A stretch of 64,000 bases of DNA from Candidatus Micrarchaeota archaeon (GTDB taxonomy: Archaea; Micrarchaeota; Micrarchaeia; Micrarchaeales; CABMGC01). A program made the translations under genes and the position numbers. Shown one piece after another: positions 20,009 to 28,550 of the stretch (positions are counted from its first letter, which is position 1; each line of letters begins with the position of its first letter). The DNA is taken from positions 8,678 through 72,677 of the forward strand of contig JAKAVK010000014.1 of the NCBI GenBank assembly GCA_021817325.1. Direction: 5' to 3'. The notes beneath the pieces are model-generated. The model was not told where the DNA came from and did not search any database. It worked only from the letters and a program-made list of their open reading frames with translations.

Positions 20009-21615
20009 TGCCTGACAAGTGCGGCGCCGACCAGGCTGACGAACAGCGGCGCAGGCGCTACGAGCCTTGATTTAAGTTCAGGATGGCCCTGCGTAGCCAC
20101 TCCAAACTGGCCAGTCCACTCGACAAACTCGACCAGCTTCTTGTCTGATGTCAGGCCGGTTGTCCTAAGGCCGGCTCCCTCAAGCGCTGATCTGTAGGCG
20201 TTGTTGTATTCATACCTGTGCCTGTGGCGTTCCTCTACCCCATTGCTTCTGTAAGAGCGGTACGCTATGGTGTCCTCGCCTACAAGCAGGCACCGCTCCG
20301 CCCCAAGGCGCATCGTTCCGCCCTTTTCCCGTACTCCCTTTTGACTGTCTAGCAGGTGGATGACCTGGTATTTCGAATCAGGGTCAAACTCCTGCGAATT
20401 TGCGCCATCCATCTTGCACACGTTTCTTGCAAACTCGACTACCATCATCTGCATGCCAAAGCAGATGCCCAGGTATGGTATGCGGTTCTCCCTGGCGTAG
20501 CGTATGGCGTTTATCATGCCCTCCGTTCCCCGCTTGCCGAATCCTCCGGGAACTATCAGCCCGTCAACGTCACTGAGTTTGGAGTAGTCCGAGCCCTCTT
20601 CGAAGTCTTCGGATTCCATCCATCGTATATCCACCTCCGAATCGTTCTGCGCCCCCGCATGGATCAACGCCTCCTTCACGCTCGCATAGGAGTCCTTGAG
20701 CCCGGTATACTTGCCAACAATCGCTATTGTTACCTTGCCCTTCGGCTTTATTATCCTGTCCACCTTCTCCTTCCACTGCAAGAGCTTCGCCTCGTTTATC
20801 CTCCTGTCCTCCAGCCCAAGGTCCTTTATAAGCATCTTGTCGAGATCCTGCTTCATTAGGTGCAGCGGCAGTTCGTACAGCGTCTTCCTGTCCGAATCAT
20901 CTATGATCCTCTCAATGCCAAGATTTGCGAAAAGCGCCAACTTCTTCCGTGTCTTCTCAAGCAGTTCGGCTTCGCTCCTGCATATGACATATCTTGGCAT
21001 GATGCCTGCCTGAAGAAGCAGCCTGAAGCCTATCTGCGCGGGCTTTGTCTTCTGTTCGCCAACCACGTCTATGCTCGGTACATACGTGAGATTGATGAAG
21101 ACCACTTCATGGTAGATGGAGAACTGCCTCATCGCTTCGATGAAATAGCTGTTCTCTATATCCCCAACAGTGCCCCCTACCTCTATTATCAGCACATCAG
21201 CCTTATTGCGTTCGGCGATCTCCTCAACCTTCTCACCTATCTCCCTTGTGAGATGCGGTATTATCTGCACGTCCTCGCCCAGATAATCGCCCTTCCTCTC
21301 CTTGTCGATCACTGAGCTAAAGAGCTTACCGCCGGTTATGGAAAGGTCACCGGTGAGGCTCTTGTCAAGGAACCTCTCGTATATCCCAAAGTCCATGTCG
21401 ACCTCGCTCTTGTCATCGAGGACGAAGACCTCGCCATGCCTGTATGGGTTCATTGTGCCGCAGTCGTAGTTGAGGTAACCGTCAAACTTCACAGGATAAA
21501 CATTGTAGTCGTAAAAATCGAGCATCTTCAGGATGGACGATGTCACGACGCCCTTTCCGAGCCCGCTCATCAATGAACCAAGCACAACAATATATTTTGT
21601 AGGCATGAAGCTCAT
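19990..21615 (-). CDS. pyrG: CTP synthase
   Basis: SGLGKG, GTMNPYRHGEVF, EVGGTVGDIE, GKYTGLKDSY, PGGFG, GICFGMQ, ERHRHRYE, HPE. Confidence 0.98.
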   Translation of the reverse strand: MSFMPTKYIVVLGSLMSGLGKGVVTSSILKMLDFYDYNVYPVKFDGYLNYDCGTMNPYRHGEVFVLDDKSEVDMDFGIYERFLDKSLTGDLSITGGKLFSSVIDKERKGDYLGEDVQIIPHLTREIGEKVEEIAERNKADVLIIEVGGTVGDIENSYFIEAMRQFSIYHEVVFINLTYVPSIDVVGEQKTKPAQIGFRLLLQAGIMPRYVICRSEAELLEKTRKKLALFANLGIERIIDDSDRKTLYELPLHLMKQDLDKMLIKDLGLEDRRINEAKLLQWKEKVDRIIKPKGKVTIAIVGKYTGLKDSYASVKEALIHAGAQNDSEVDIRWMESEDFEEGSDYSKLSDVDGLIVPGGFGKRGTEGMINAIRYARENRIPYLGICFGMQMMVVEFARNVCKMDGANSQEFDPDSKYQVIHLLDSQKGVREKGGTMRLGAERCLLVGEDTIAYRSYRSNGVEERHRHRYEYNNAYRSALEGAGLRTTGLTSDKKLVEFVEWTGQFGVATQGHPELKSRLVAPAPLFVSLVGAALVRHQEGRK

Positions 21616-21731
21616 GGCGCATGAAACGTTTTAAATCTAGATGCGTGCCGCATACCAATGCAGTAAAATGCCAGAAGCATTTAAAAGGCAAACGGACAAT
21701 TATAGATATACTCGCAATTTTGGGTAATAAG

Positions 21732-22247
21732 ATGGAGAGCTTAGACGCAGGCAAGGACGCACCTAAACTGGTCAACGCATTTATAGAGATACCAAAGCAG
21801 AGCAACGTCAAGTACGAGTACGATGAGAAGTCCGGAGCGATGAAGGTGGACAGGATACTACACACGTCGATGGTATACCCATACAACTACGGATTCATAC
21901 CTGGGACACTTGGCGAGGACGGAGACCCAATAGACATCATGGTCATCAGCACAGCAGCCTTTTCGCCGGGCAGCTTTGTGATTGCAAAGCCGATCGCCGT
22001 GCTACTCATGCGCGACGAAGAGGGCGTGGACTCCAAGCTTATAGCAGTACCAACCGAGAAAGTGGACCCGGAATACGGCAGGCTCAATGGAGTAAAGGAG
22101 ATCAGCGAGCACACAAAGAGCATGATTGCTCACTTCTTCTCATATTACAAGAGCATAGAACCAGGCAAGTGGGCCAAGGTGGAAGGCTGGGAGGACGCCG
22201 CCGTGGCCCAGGAACTCATTAAGAAGGCTATTGCCAATAAGAAGTGA
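21732..22247 (+). CDS. ppa: Inorganic pyrophosphatase (family I)
   Basis: EIPKQSNVKYE, YPYNYGFIPGT, DGDPID, DEEGVDSKLIAV; start ATG 21732. Confidence 0.95.
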   Translation: MESLDAGKDAPKLVNAFIEIPKQSNVKYEYDEKSGAMKVDRILHTSMVYPYNYGFIPGTLGEDGDPIDIMVISTAAFSPGSFVIAKPIAVLLMRDEEGVDSKLIAVPTEKVDPEYGRLNGVKEISEHTKSMIAHFFSYYKSIEPGKWAKVEGWEDAAVAQELIKKAIANKK

Positions 22248-22343
22248 TCGCAATGCCTGCGCGCAATCCTCCAGGCCGGCGAAATCAGACTTGTCTGCTC
22301 GCCTACCACGAGTAGCAGGCGGCAGGTGTGCGCCGCAGCGAAC

Positions 22344-23174
22344 CTATCTTGCAGAGAAACCGCCAGCCGGCAGGTGCTGCATCACGTAGTCGATGTCATC
22401 GAAACCTAGCTTTTTCGCTATGATTTTCGCTATATCCGACTTCTTCTTGCTCCCCGGGGTTATTGCGACGTAGTTGCTTATGTTGAGCGCCTTGCAGGCG
22501 TAGAACGGGGCAATCTGTATCTGGTTTGATTGTATCTCTATCGAGATTGTCTGCGTCTGTAAGACTGGGGTGGCTGACCTAATCAATTCCTGCCGGTTAT
22601 CGTACTTGAACGCGGCCAGTTCGAGAGGCATGTTCTTGTACCACTCCCTCTCTCCGCTGAGAAGGAAGCTTCCAGTGCCTAGCGAGCCTTTCTCCTTAGA
22701 CTTACTGACCTGGCTCCTTTTCAGAGAATATACATTTGCTGATGATGTTCCACCTTCCCATGCACGCGAGTAGCAGGCGGCAAATTGCGCTACCTCCTCC
22801 CTTATCTCTCTTGGCGCATTCTCGCCCATCTTCAATATGACTACCGATGCGCCAAAGACATCGGCATGGAAGAAGAGGTCGCCATCAGTGAAATACCTTG
22901 AATTTATAAGCTCGTTTTGCTGTGCGCTCCTCCCGCCTATGACAAGCATCGAGTTGCTGGTGAAGAACCAGTTGAATTTCTCATACCATTCTCTGCTTAC
23001 CATCCTTCTGACCTTATTCTTTGGCTCTGCTACCGCCTTCTCATCTCTCCTGGCTTCCAGCTCCTTGATGCTTCTCTGAGCTCCCTCCATCTTTCTCCTG
23101 GCCTTCTTAGAAAGCTCGAAATACCGCTCTGCATTCTGCTGCGCTGACTTAGTGAAGTCGATCTCTACATCCAT
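22344..23174 (-). CDS. NFACT-R (DUF814) RNA-binding protein, short Rqc2/RqcH-like
   Basis: SAQQNAERYF, WYEKFNWF, VIGGRSAQQNE, FFHADVFGAS, AACYSRAW, GSFLLSGER; no NFACT-N domain. Confidence 0.8.
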   Translation of the reverse strand: MDVEIDFTKSAQQNAERYFELSKKARRKMEGAQRSIKELEARRDEKAVAEPKNKVRRMVSREWYEKFNWFFTSNSMLVIGGRSAQQNELINSRYFTDGDLFFHADVFGASVVILKMGENAPREIREEVAQFAACYSRAWEGGTSSANVYSLKRSQVSKSKEKGSLGTGSFLLSGEREWYKNMPLELAAFKYDNRQELIRSATPVLQTQTISIEIQSNQIQIAPFYACKALNISNYVAITPGSKKKSDIAKIIAKKLGFDDIDYVMQHLPAGGFSAR

Positions 23175-23294
23175 ATTAGTATGATTAGGTGTGCTGCATT
23201 TAAAAAGAGGAGAGGACAACCATTAAAGCGCAGATCCGTGCATATCGAACCTTGTACAAGGAAGCCTATGGCATGGGGCCTTGCGGCGGGTATG

Positions 23295-23477
23295 TCAGCC
23301 GACAAGGCCAACTATGATTGATATCACATATCCAAGCACGCCAAGGATGAGTATCCCTATAACTACTATCTTCAGGGTTCTCTTGAACGTATCTGCATCT
23401 GGCCTGTAGCTCACGCTGAGCACGTGCCTAGAATCCGAATATAGGCTGCTGAGGCTTTTTATTGGGTCAAATCGCAT
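23295..23477 (-). CDS. secE: Protein translocase subunit SecE / Sec61-gamma
   Basis: RHVLSVSYRPDADTFKRTLKIVVIGILILGVLGY; directly after ftsZ. Confidence 0.9.
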   Translation of the reverse strand: MRFDPIKSLSSLYSDSRHVLSVSYRPDADTFKRTLKIVVIGILILGVLGYVISIIVGLVG

Positions 23478-23483
23478 TTGCGG

Positions 23484-24578
23484 CTACCTCTTCCTGATTG
23501 GCTTTTGTTCCTCGAAAATCTCATCGAGGTCGACGTCGGCACTCTCTTCTATCCTCTTTCGTAGGCCATCCTCTGTGTACTCTGCGAATGCCACGCCTCC
23601 GATTACCACCATTATCCTAAGTATATTCTTGTTCACTGTAGGATCTATTCTGGCGCCCCACTTGAGCATCGCATCCTTGCTTATCCTACCGGATACCTCC
23701 TGGAAGATATTTTCCGCTTCGCGTAGTGTAAGGTCGTCTCCGCCTACTATGTTGACTATCGCCTTCTTGGCGGTTGAGAGGTCAACGTCGAGAAGCGGGC
23801 TCTTGAGCGTATTCTCTATGGCAACCGCGGCCCTGTCATTGCTCTGCGTAGAGTTCGCCTCGCCGATGCCTATTACAGCATAGCCTGAATCCTTAAGCAC
23901 GCTTCGAAGATCTGCGAAGTCCAGATTAACCATGCCAGGCTTTGTCACCATCTCTATAATGCCCTTCGTGGCCTTGGCAAGTATCTCATCGCTTATCCTA
24001 AAGGCCATGTTCAGCGGCAGATCTGGCGCAACAGAAAGCAGTTTGTCATTAGGTATTATTATTGTGGTGTCGGCAACCTTTCGTAGCCTGGATAGCCCTT
24101 CCAGGGCATTTCTCATCCTGACCTTCCCCTCGCTGCTGAATGGAAGCGTGACTATGGCCACGGTCAGCGCACCTGACTCCTTCGCTTCGTGCGCGATCAC
24201 AGGTATCGAGCCGGTTCCAGTCCCCCCGCCAAGGCCGCAGGTAAGGAAGACAAGCTGTGCATCGCTCAGGAGATGCTTTATATCCTCCCTGCTCTCAGTA
24301 GCTGCCTCCTCTCCCACCTTAGGATCACTTCCTGCGCCAAGCCCCCTTGTAGATTTCTTGCCGAGCAGCACCTTCCTGGTAGACCTGGTCCTTGCAAGAT
24401 GCGGTGCGTCAGTATTCATGGCTATTATCGTCGCCCCATCGATGCTCAGTTCAGACATCCTTGTAGCGGTGTTTGAGCCGCTTCCGCCGGCGCCGACTAC
24501 GTATATCTTTGGTTTTGCAGATTCAATGAATTTAAGCAGTTCCTCGTCGTCAACCGACATGACGTTGTCTGGCATCAA
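23484..24578 (-). CDS. ftsZ: Cell division protein FtsZ (FtsZ1-type, secE-linked)
   Basis: VVGAGGSGSN, GLGAGSDP, GLGGGTGTG, NLDFAD. Confidence 0.97.
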   Translation of the reverse strand: MMPDNVMSVDDEELLKFIESAKPKIYVVGAGGSGSNTATRMSELSIDGATIIAMNTDAPHLARTRSTRKVLLGKKSTRGLGAGSDPKVGEEAATESREDIKHLLSDAQLVFLTCGLGGGTGTGSIPVIAHEAKESGALTVAIVTLPFSSEGKVRMRNALEGLSRLRKVADTTIIIPNDKLLSVAPDLPLNMAFRISDEILAKATKGIIEMVTKPGMVNLDFADLRSVLKDSGYAVIGIGEANSTQSNDRAAVAIENTLKSPLLDVDLSTAKKAIVNIVGGDDLTLREAENIFQEVSGRISKDAMLKWGARIDPTVNKNILRIMVVIGGVAFAEYTEDGLRKRIEESADVDLDEIFEEQKPIRKR

Positions 24579-25006
24579 ATTACCTTTTCGTTTTTATATA
24601 TATTCCAAAGGCATAAAAATACTCTGCCCATTGCTGACATCATTCAATGCAGTTGCAGGTCGCACAGTATCTTATCGTCAGTCAAGTTTATAACAGTAAT
24701 CGCCATGATCGCCAAGAGGCATACAACCGGGTCTGATTTGTGCTGTGCGCAAAATGACAAAACAGATTGCCAAAATTGCTATTTTTAATAGCATATATAA
24801 ACCAGATTGCGCATATTATAGATTGTGTTAAGGCATTTCAATCCCCACCAATCCTTAACACCTCATCCTATTTTCCCATAAAGAGCTGTAGAGCTTATGC
24901 TATGGCTTTTCATCCGGCAGCGCAGGCCGCAAGCGATGATAACATTGCAATGCTGCTGCCTGCCAACACTTTATAAGTTGGTGTGCAGAATAGTCTATCG
25001 ATCAGG

Positions 25007-26065
25007 ATGGACATTGAAGGCAAGATGGCGCTGATAAAATCCGAGCCTCTTGAGGAGATCATAACCGAGGAGCGGCTAAGACACCTCCTTGAGACAAACA
25101 AGTCGCCAATGCACTATCTGGGCCTTGAAATCAGCGGAATGCCGCATGTAGGCCACATCTTCGTTGCAGGCAAGAAGGTAAATGACCTGGACAAGGCAGG
25201 GGTGAAGACACAGATCCTTCTGGCTGACTGGCACACAATGGCCAACAACAAGTTGGGAGGCGACTGGGAGCGCATAATAAAAGTGGCTGACTTCTACAGG
25301 AGGCTATTCAAAATAGTCTGCCCAAACACAAAGGTGGTCCTCGGATCGGACCTCTACAAAAGCAATGACGAGTACTGGAAACTAATTATCAAGATGGCGC
25401 GCAAGGTCACCCTCGCTCGGGCGACAAGAACCATGATAATATTGGGGCGCGGCGAGAAGGATACGCTTTATGTGTCACAGTACATCTATCCTGTGATGCA
25501 GGTGGCAGACATAGCTGCCCTTGGCGTGGACATACCGCATGCAGGTATAGACCAACGGAAGGTCCACATGCTTGCACTAGAGCTCTTCAAAGAGATGAAG
25601 CTCAAGGAGATAGTGCCTGTCCACCATCACCTGCTGCCCAGTCTACTCGAACCGCCAAAGGCCGAGGGTGTGGAAAAGGAGGAGGTAGTCGCTGCGATGA
25701 AGATGTCAAAATCAAAGCCTGGGTCATCTATACCTATCCTTGCCAGTGCTGAGGAGGTAAGCGCCGTGCTAAAGAGCTCATGGTGTCCAGAAGGGACACT
25801 CGAGAACAATCCGGTCCTCGAGATGTGCAGGTACGTCATCTTCCCTTCGACCGGCAACCTGAAGATAGAGAGGAGTGCAAAGTACGGTGGCGACATCGAG
25901 TTCGCCTCGTACAGGGAGTTGGAAAAGGCATTTGCCGAAAGGAAGCTGCATCCGATGGACCTCAAGAGCGGCGTAGCAGTAGCACTGACCAGGATGATGG
26001 AGCCGATCACAAGGTCCCTTGGCAGGGAAAAGGGGGAGATCACAAGGCTTATAGAAGGAAGGTGA
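25007..26065 (+). CDS. tyrS: Tyrosyl-tRNA synthetase (archaeal type)
   Basis: YLGLEISGMPHVGH (HIGH), LADWH, YPVMQVAD, GIDQRKVH, KMSKS, LHPMDLK; start ATG 25007. Confidence 0.95.
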   Translation: MDIEGKMALIKSEPLEEIITEERLRHLLETNKSPMHYLGLEISGMPHVGHIFVAGKKVNDLDKAGVKTQILLADWHTMANNKLGGDWERIIKVADFYRRLFKIVCPNTKVVLGSDLYKSNDEYWKLIIKMARKVTLARATRTMIILGRGEKDTLYVSQYIYPVMQVADIAALGVDIPHAGIDQRKVHMLALELFKEMKLKEIVPVHHHLLPSLLEPPKAEGVEKEEVVAAMKMSKSKPGSSIPILASAEEVSAVLKSSWCPEGTLENNPVLEMCRYVIFPSTGNLKIERSAKYGGDIEFASYRELEKAFAERKLHPMDLKSGVAVALTRMMEPITRSLGREKGEITRLIEGR

Positions 26066-26137
26066 TATGGCATCTGCCATAGTCCATATAAAGCAGGGAT
26101 ATTATAACTAGGTTATAAAATTGAACAAGGAGTTATT

Positions 26138-26908
26138 TTGATAAACGCATACGTCACGCTTGGGCTCTCACTGGTGATGGCATTCGCCATCTTCCTGTCC
26201 ATGCCGATAGTATTCTACAGGAAGCTGACCACCAGGCAGATGCTCTTTCTGAATGCTGGAGCCATAGGGATACTAGTCTTCCTATTGATGGATATATACG
26301 GGGACGTCGCCGCGGTTTTTGGCAACAACACCATATTGAACCCATACCTGATAATATTCATGGCCGGCTTTGTGTTGATGTACCTCTTCTTCGTGACTCC
26401 AAAGTCGAGCAGGGATCCTGAAGAGAACCCCAAAAGGACCTCCACACTCGCAGCCATAGGGATAGGTTTCCAGAACCTCACGGAGGGCCTGCTCTTCGGC
26501 TCTGCCGGTGCCGCCGGACTGGTGTCAATATATGTGCTCTCGATTACGGCATTCACGCTCCAAAATTTCACTGAGGGATTCCCAATTGCGGCTCCATTGA
26601 TGGGGATGAAGCGTAAGGTAGAGAAGAGGTTCATGGCCGGCGCGTTCCTCATTGGCGGCCTGCCAACAGTGATGGGAACAGTGATAGGCCTGGTCTTCTT
26701 TTCAAACTACTTCCTGGTCTTCTTTGACGGGTTGGCAAGCGCCGCCATACTATACGTGGTGTTTGTCCTGTTTCATGTCAACATAAACAGGGGTGCGCGC
26801 GAAGCAAAAGACCAGAAGGAGAAGAGCAACTACATCTGGCTTACATACCTTGGCATACTTGTGGGTTTTGTCATTGCATACATACTGAATTACGCCATCG
26901 CGTACTGA
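26138..26908 (+). CDS. ZIP-family divalent metal transporter
   Basis: About 8 TM helices; paired motifs FQNLTEG and LQNFTEG. Confidence 0.8.
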   Translation: MINAYVTLGLSLVMAFAIFLSMPIVFYRKLTTRQMLFLNAGAIGILVFLLMDIYGDVAAVFGNNTILNPYLIIFMAGFVLMYLFFVTPKSSRDPEENPKRTSTLAAIGIGFQNLTEGLLFGSAGAAGLVSIYVLSITAFTLQNFTEGFPIAAPLMGMKRKVEKRFMAGAFLIGGLPTVMGTVIGLVFFSNYFLVFFDGLASAAILYVVFVLFHVNINRGAREAKDQKEKSNYIWLTYLGILVGFVIAYILNYAIAY

Positions 26909-26960
26909 ACTGCGGGCACTGGTCAGATGACGATGGCAAGATCCACTAATGCACCAGGAT

Positions 26961-27365
26961 CTATCCAAGTGCGATCACATCACCTATCTTCATGCCATAC
27001 GCATCAGATGCGCCGCTTGCGATCTCAAGGACATACTTCGCAGCTTTCCTTGGCTTGTAGACCTCCGATGCGAATGATGATCTCGCAGGCTTAACACCCT
27101 TTTTGATATCGACGATTTTTCCGCTGCCGCTAACCCAGAGTATATCTATGCCGAAGTTCATATTCGGCATCCAGATACCCCATCTCGATTCCCTGCCGAA
27201 AACAAAGAGCATCCCCTCCTCCCTGCCGATGCTGTCCCTGTACATCAGGCCGACAAGCTGCTTTGGCAGGGTATCGGCTATATCTACCCTGAGCCTCCTG
27301 CCTCTGAACTTAAGCTCCCTGCTCTTGAATCTGGTAAGTTTGTATGCAAGCCACGTGATTACCAT
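26961..27365 (-). CDS. DUF192 family protein
   Basis: VDIADT...GLMYRD...GMLFVF...IWMPNM...DILW...YVLEIASG. Confidence 0.85.
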   Translation of the reverse strand: MVITWLAYKLTRFKSRELKFRGRRLRVDIADTLPKQLVGLMYRDSIGREEGMLFVFGRESRWGIWMPNMNFGIDILWVSGSGKIVDIKKGVKPARSSFASEVYKPRKAAKYVLEIASGASDAYGMKIGDVIALG

Positions 27366-27388
27366 ATGCCGATACCCTACTGCTATCC

Positions 27389-27826
27389 TCAGCCGCCGAG
27401 TTCCCCGAATGCGCGGAGCATGGCAAACTTGAAGTCAGTTAGCGCCTCAAGCGCATACATCCCTTCCATGGTAAACCGGTGCATCTCTGGAGGATCCACG
27501 TTGACCTGGGCACAGGCCATCTCGCCCGCCTGTTCTCCGAGAGAGAGCATGCCAAAACGTACGTGCCCTTTGTTGTCTATGCACTGATTGCCACCATCAA
27601 GTATTACGAGCGGCATTGGGACCTCATGCAAATGCGCATCAGAAGAAGGCATGCGCCAGTTTGCATGTGGGTCTATAAGCCTGGTTTTATAGCAGGTCTC
27701 CTCAAGCGTCTCCCTGGTTGCTGCTTCGTTGGGCAACTCTCCACCTCCGGCCCGGCCTGCGGGCTCCAGCCACTTGCCAAGCTTCTTGCCGCCCTTTACT
27801 ACGCTGCAGCTGCCGCATATGTACAT
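27389..27826 (-). CDS. Degenerate NUDIX hydrolase (possibly pseudogenising)
   Basis: Nudix box-like GRAGGGELPNEAATRETLEETC with the terminal Gly replaced by Cys; the segment before KKLGKWL appears shortened. Confidence 0.55.
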   Translation of the reverse strand: MYICGSCSVVKGGKKLGKWLEPAGRAGGGELPNEAATRETLEETCYKTRLIDPHANWRMPSSDAHLHEVPMPLVILDGGNQCIDNKGHVRFGMLSLGEQAGEMACAQVNVDPPEMHRFTMEGMYALEALTDFKFAMLRAFGELGG

Positions 27827-27839
27827 GGTTACCACACAA

Positions 27840-28469
27840 TCACATGTTCTCGTATAATTCCGCAATTCCCCTGAGGACTATATAGGCTACCAGTACCACC
27901 ACCAGCGCATAACCCACCAATGCCGGGGCTCCCCAGATGTACATGAATGCGAGATATGAGAACGCAAGGAACTTCACAACGTTTATGCCGCCGCGCCCCA
28001 GAGGTGAGGAGTACACAACCTCGGCAAACCTGGTTTTCATCTTTGATGACGTGCCCTTGTTTGCCATGACAGCATCGACGAAGGAGTGCCTTATGACTAT
28101 TATGAGCAGGACGTAAAGCGGCAGCACGTTTAGATATGTAAATACGATCCAGAACGAGTATTCGACCACCCTGTCACCTGCAACGTCCATGCGCGCGCCG
28201 TGCTTGGAGCTCTTGGCAACCTTCTGCTTCCACCCCTTTACTACTGCTGCGGCTGCCTTGTTACCTGCTGCCGCACTCATGTAAGTGGCAAAGCTCACCT
28301 TGCCCTTACTGATTTCCCTCACCGCCAGGTAGCCGTCAAATGCGTCAAGCAGCATTGTCACCGCTATTAGCGCGGCAATCAGTATAGGACTTACCTTTGC
28401 TATAACCAGATAGACAACAAGTATTGCAAGAAGCGTCCTGAAGACCGTTGCCATGTCAGCGGATCTCAT
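27840..28469 (-). CDS. CDP-alcohol phosphatidyltransferase family protein
   Basis: LDAFDGYLA ... GARMDVAGD signature with an insertion; TM helices. Confidence 0.75.
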   Translation of the reverse strand: MRSADMATVFRTLLAILVVYLVIAKVSPILIAALIAVTMLLDAFDGYLAVREISKGKVSFATYMSAAAGNKAAAAVVKGWKQKVAKSSKHGARMDVAGDRVVEYSFWIVFTYLNVLPLYVLLIIVIRHSFVDAVMANKGTSSKMKTRFAEVVYSSPLGRGGINVVKFLAFSYLAFMYIWGAPALVGYALVVVLVAYIVLRGIAELYENM

Positions 28470-28550
28470 CCCAATGACCTAACGTGTATCGTTCCCATAG
28501 AATTTAATACTATCGATTCCTAATCTAACACGAATAAAACCAGTGTCAGC

